Assembly (NCBI GenBank): GCA_028534125.1
Contig: CM052831.1
Span: forward strand, 5,396,001 to 5,460,000
Direction: 5' to 3'
DNA: 64,000 nucleotides
Origin: Lama glama
Taxonomy: Eukaryota
The first letter of the stretch is position 1; every line of letters begins with the position of its first letter. The translations under genes were made by a program, and so were the position numbers. Of this stretch, positions 62,341-64,000 are shown in pieces. The notes under the pieces were generated by a model that worked only from the letters and a program-made list of their open reading frames with translations, searched no databases and was not told the origin of the DNA.

Positions 62341-63589
62341 TGGTTAAAATTGCTCTTCTAGAGATTAGTTTTGCTTCTCTAAGCCTCAGTTTTTAAAATC
62401 TGTGAAATGGGAATATGATTGCCTACCTGGGGCTTGTTGTGAGGACTAAGCAAGATACAGTCTGTGTAGGCACCAGGGACATGCTAAGAAAAGGGCCCTC
62501 TGAAATCTTGGCTATCTGACTTTCTGTTCACGGAGGACTGATTGCCCTCCTCCACCTCCTCCATCACGTTCTGAGCTGCTCCCCAGCTCGCACTGTGCCT
62601 CTGTTCTTGCATCTGTAGTGCCTATCAAGGACTAGGTGCTCGGTAGGTAAGAGCTGAATGCACAGGTCTTTCTAGTCTTATTACTTAGCCTGACTAGTTG
62701 CTGACTTTTGATTAGAACAGCTACTCATTGGAGGGAAACATCTAAATAGAAAGATAACACAGCTGCAGAAGTCCTCCTTTAGTTTTGGCACGTTATATAT
62801 AATATGTGGGAAACAGCATGCTAGACGTGGTCGTTTGTCTGCCTCCATTAATGATGACCGTACATACGGTCCTTTTTGCTGTGAGCTGTGTTTTCTTGGT
62901 GGACAGCCAAGGCCAAATCCTGGCCCAGCCCCAGTTTTTCCCTCAAATGACTCAGTGCCTTCCTTGCAAGGAAGGGAACAGTGAAGACATAACAAACTCA
63001 TATTGCTTGCAGGTGTCAGGTGTCAAAATCTTCCTTTTTACTTATCCTTGCTTGCTGTGTCTCTTCCAGCTACCTGGTGTGTATTAAAACAACACACTGA
63101 GGTACAACTTCATTTAGATGCTCTTGCCTTCCCCGCTAATTGATTTTGGAGTGCTATTTTTTTCTTAACATAATTTATTGTGAATTCAGCTAAGCGTTTA
63201 TTGTAACGACCTATTTTTCATTGTCATGTGCAATGACTTGGAGTGGACAGCAGTCCCATGGTACAAGTTGGATTTGTGAGCAGAAGGCTGGTGGTATACG
63301 TCGGCTTTCTGGTCCCCTGTCAACCTTCAGAGAAGTGTGACTGGTCCAGAGTGCATCTGCAGGTATCGCCTTGTGGCTGTGGAAAAGCAGAAGGATCCTA
63401 ATCCTAATCTGCTGCCCTCCCCTTTAATGGGCCGAGAACAAGAGGGGTCTCACAGGGCCAGAGACAACCGGATTGCTTAGACTCCAGGCAGTCGACGCTT
63501 AGGTGCCTGAGATTCAGGCAAGTTCTAGGAGACAGCAGTTGCTCAACACCTGGAAACCTGGGCCAGAACCCAGTAGTGGGGAGGCCTCG

Positions 63590-63710
63590 TTGAAGCAAGA
63601 TGGCTGCTAGACAGGCCGTAGCCCTGTGGGAAGTTGAATTTGGCTGTGGCCCCTCCAGGTGAGGCGGAAAGGCCAACATCCCAGAGAGCTTGTTGCCAAG
63701 CAACCCAGAG
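63590..63710 (+). promoter_or_regulatory. YY1 plus RFX X-box module
   Basis: CAAGATGGCTGC (63596) and GTTGCC-A-AGCAAC (63692-63704), matching GTNRCC N0-3 RGYAAC; donor-like CAG|GTGAGG at 63658/63659. Confidence 0.4.
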
Positions 63711-64000
63711 AAAGAACCTGGGGTCGTTCATTGGACAATCCTGCTTAACCTCCATACGCATTTTGCTGCTGTTGCACTCCATCGTTTGCATCCATAAATC
63801 CAAAGCCAGAAAGTCAGTGAAATTTCCTTGATCCTCTAAACATGTATCACAAAAATCAGTCCAAATGGACTATAAACAGATGAATAAAATAAGAATTTTA
63901 ATAATTTATACCTGAAAGAATACCATGAGTGAGTAGATGTAATAGGGATAGATTTAGAGGAGAGATCTTAGTCTTGGAAGCTCTCTTTCCCATTTTCTTT

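Noticed and set aside
1..64000. CRISPR arrays, operons, tRNA/rRNA genes, ERV gag/pol/env, processed pseudogenes
   Set aside because: No repeat-spacer array, cloverleaf, retroviral coding motif or mRNA-like retrocopy was recognised. Highly decayed cases cannot be excluded without searches.

Overview
Eutherian mammal genomic DNA, CpG-depleted and repeat-rich; I estimate by eye that half or more is interspersed repeat. No protein-coding gene, RNA gene or CRISPR array is recognisable. The only ORFs with recognisable homology are L1 ORF2p fragments (best: 17548-17946, minus strand). The window is a layered set of L1, L2, MIR, MaLR/ERVL/ERV1 LTRs and hAT-Charlie/Tc2 MITEs. It also holds three copies of a young L1 3' end that resembles camelid L1 from recall. 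I saw no Alu, B1/B2, Bov-tA, PRE, ERE or CanSINE, which is compatible with a camelid. L1s and LTRs are mostly minus-strand up to about 53 kb, suggesting a long intron of a plus-strand transcript. The most notable non-repeat signals are an orphan CpG-rich promoter-like module (NRF1 x3, CCAAT, YY1, E2F) at 55.1-55.3 kb, a YY1+RFX module at 63.6-63.7 kb, a CTCF-like site and two perfect inverted repeats. There are also several readable retrotransposition scars: TSDs, a 5' inversion, a mini 3' transduction and nested insertions. I find no convincing novel multi-gene system. Repeat subfamily names come from memory of consensus sequences, and boundaries are approximate unless TSDs are quoted.
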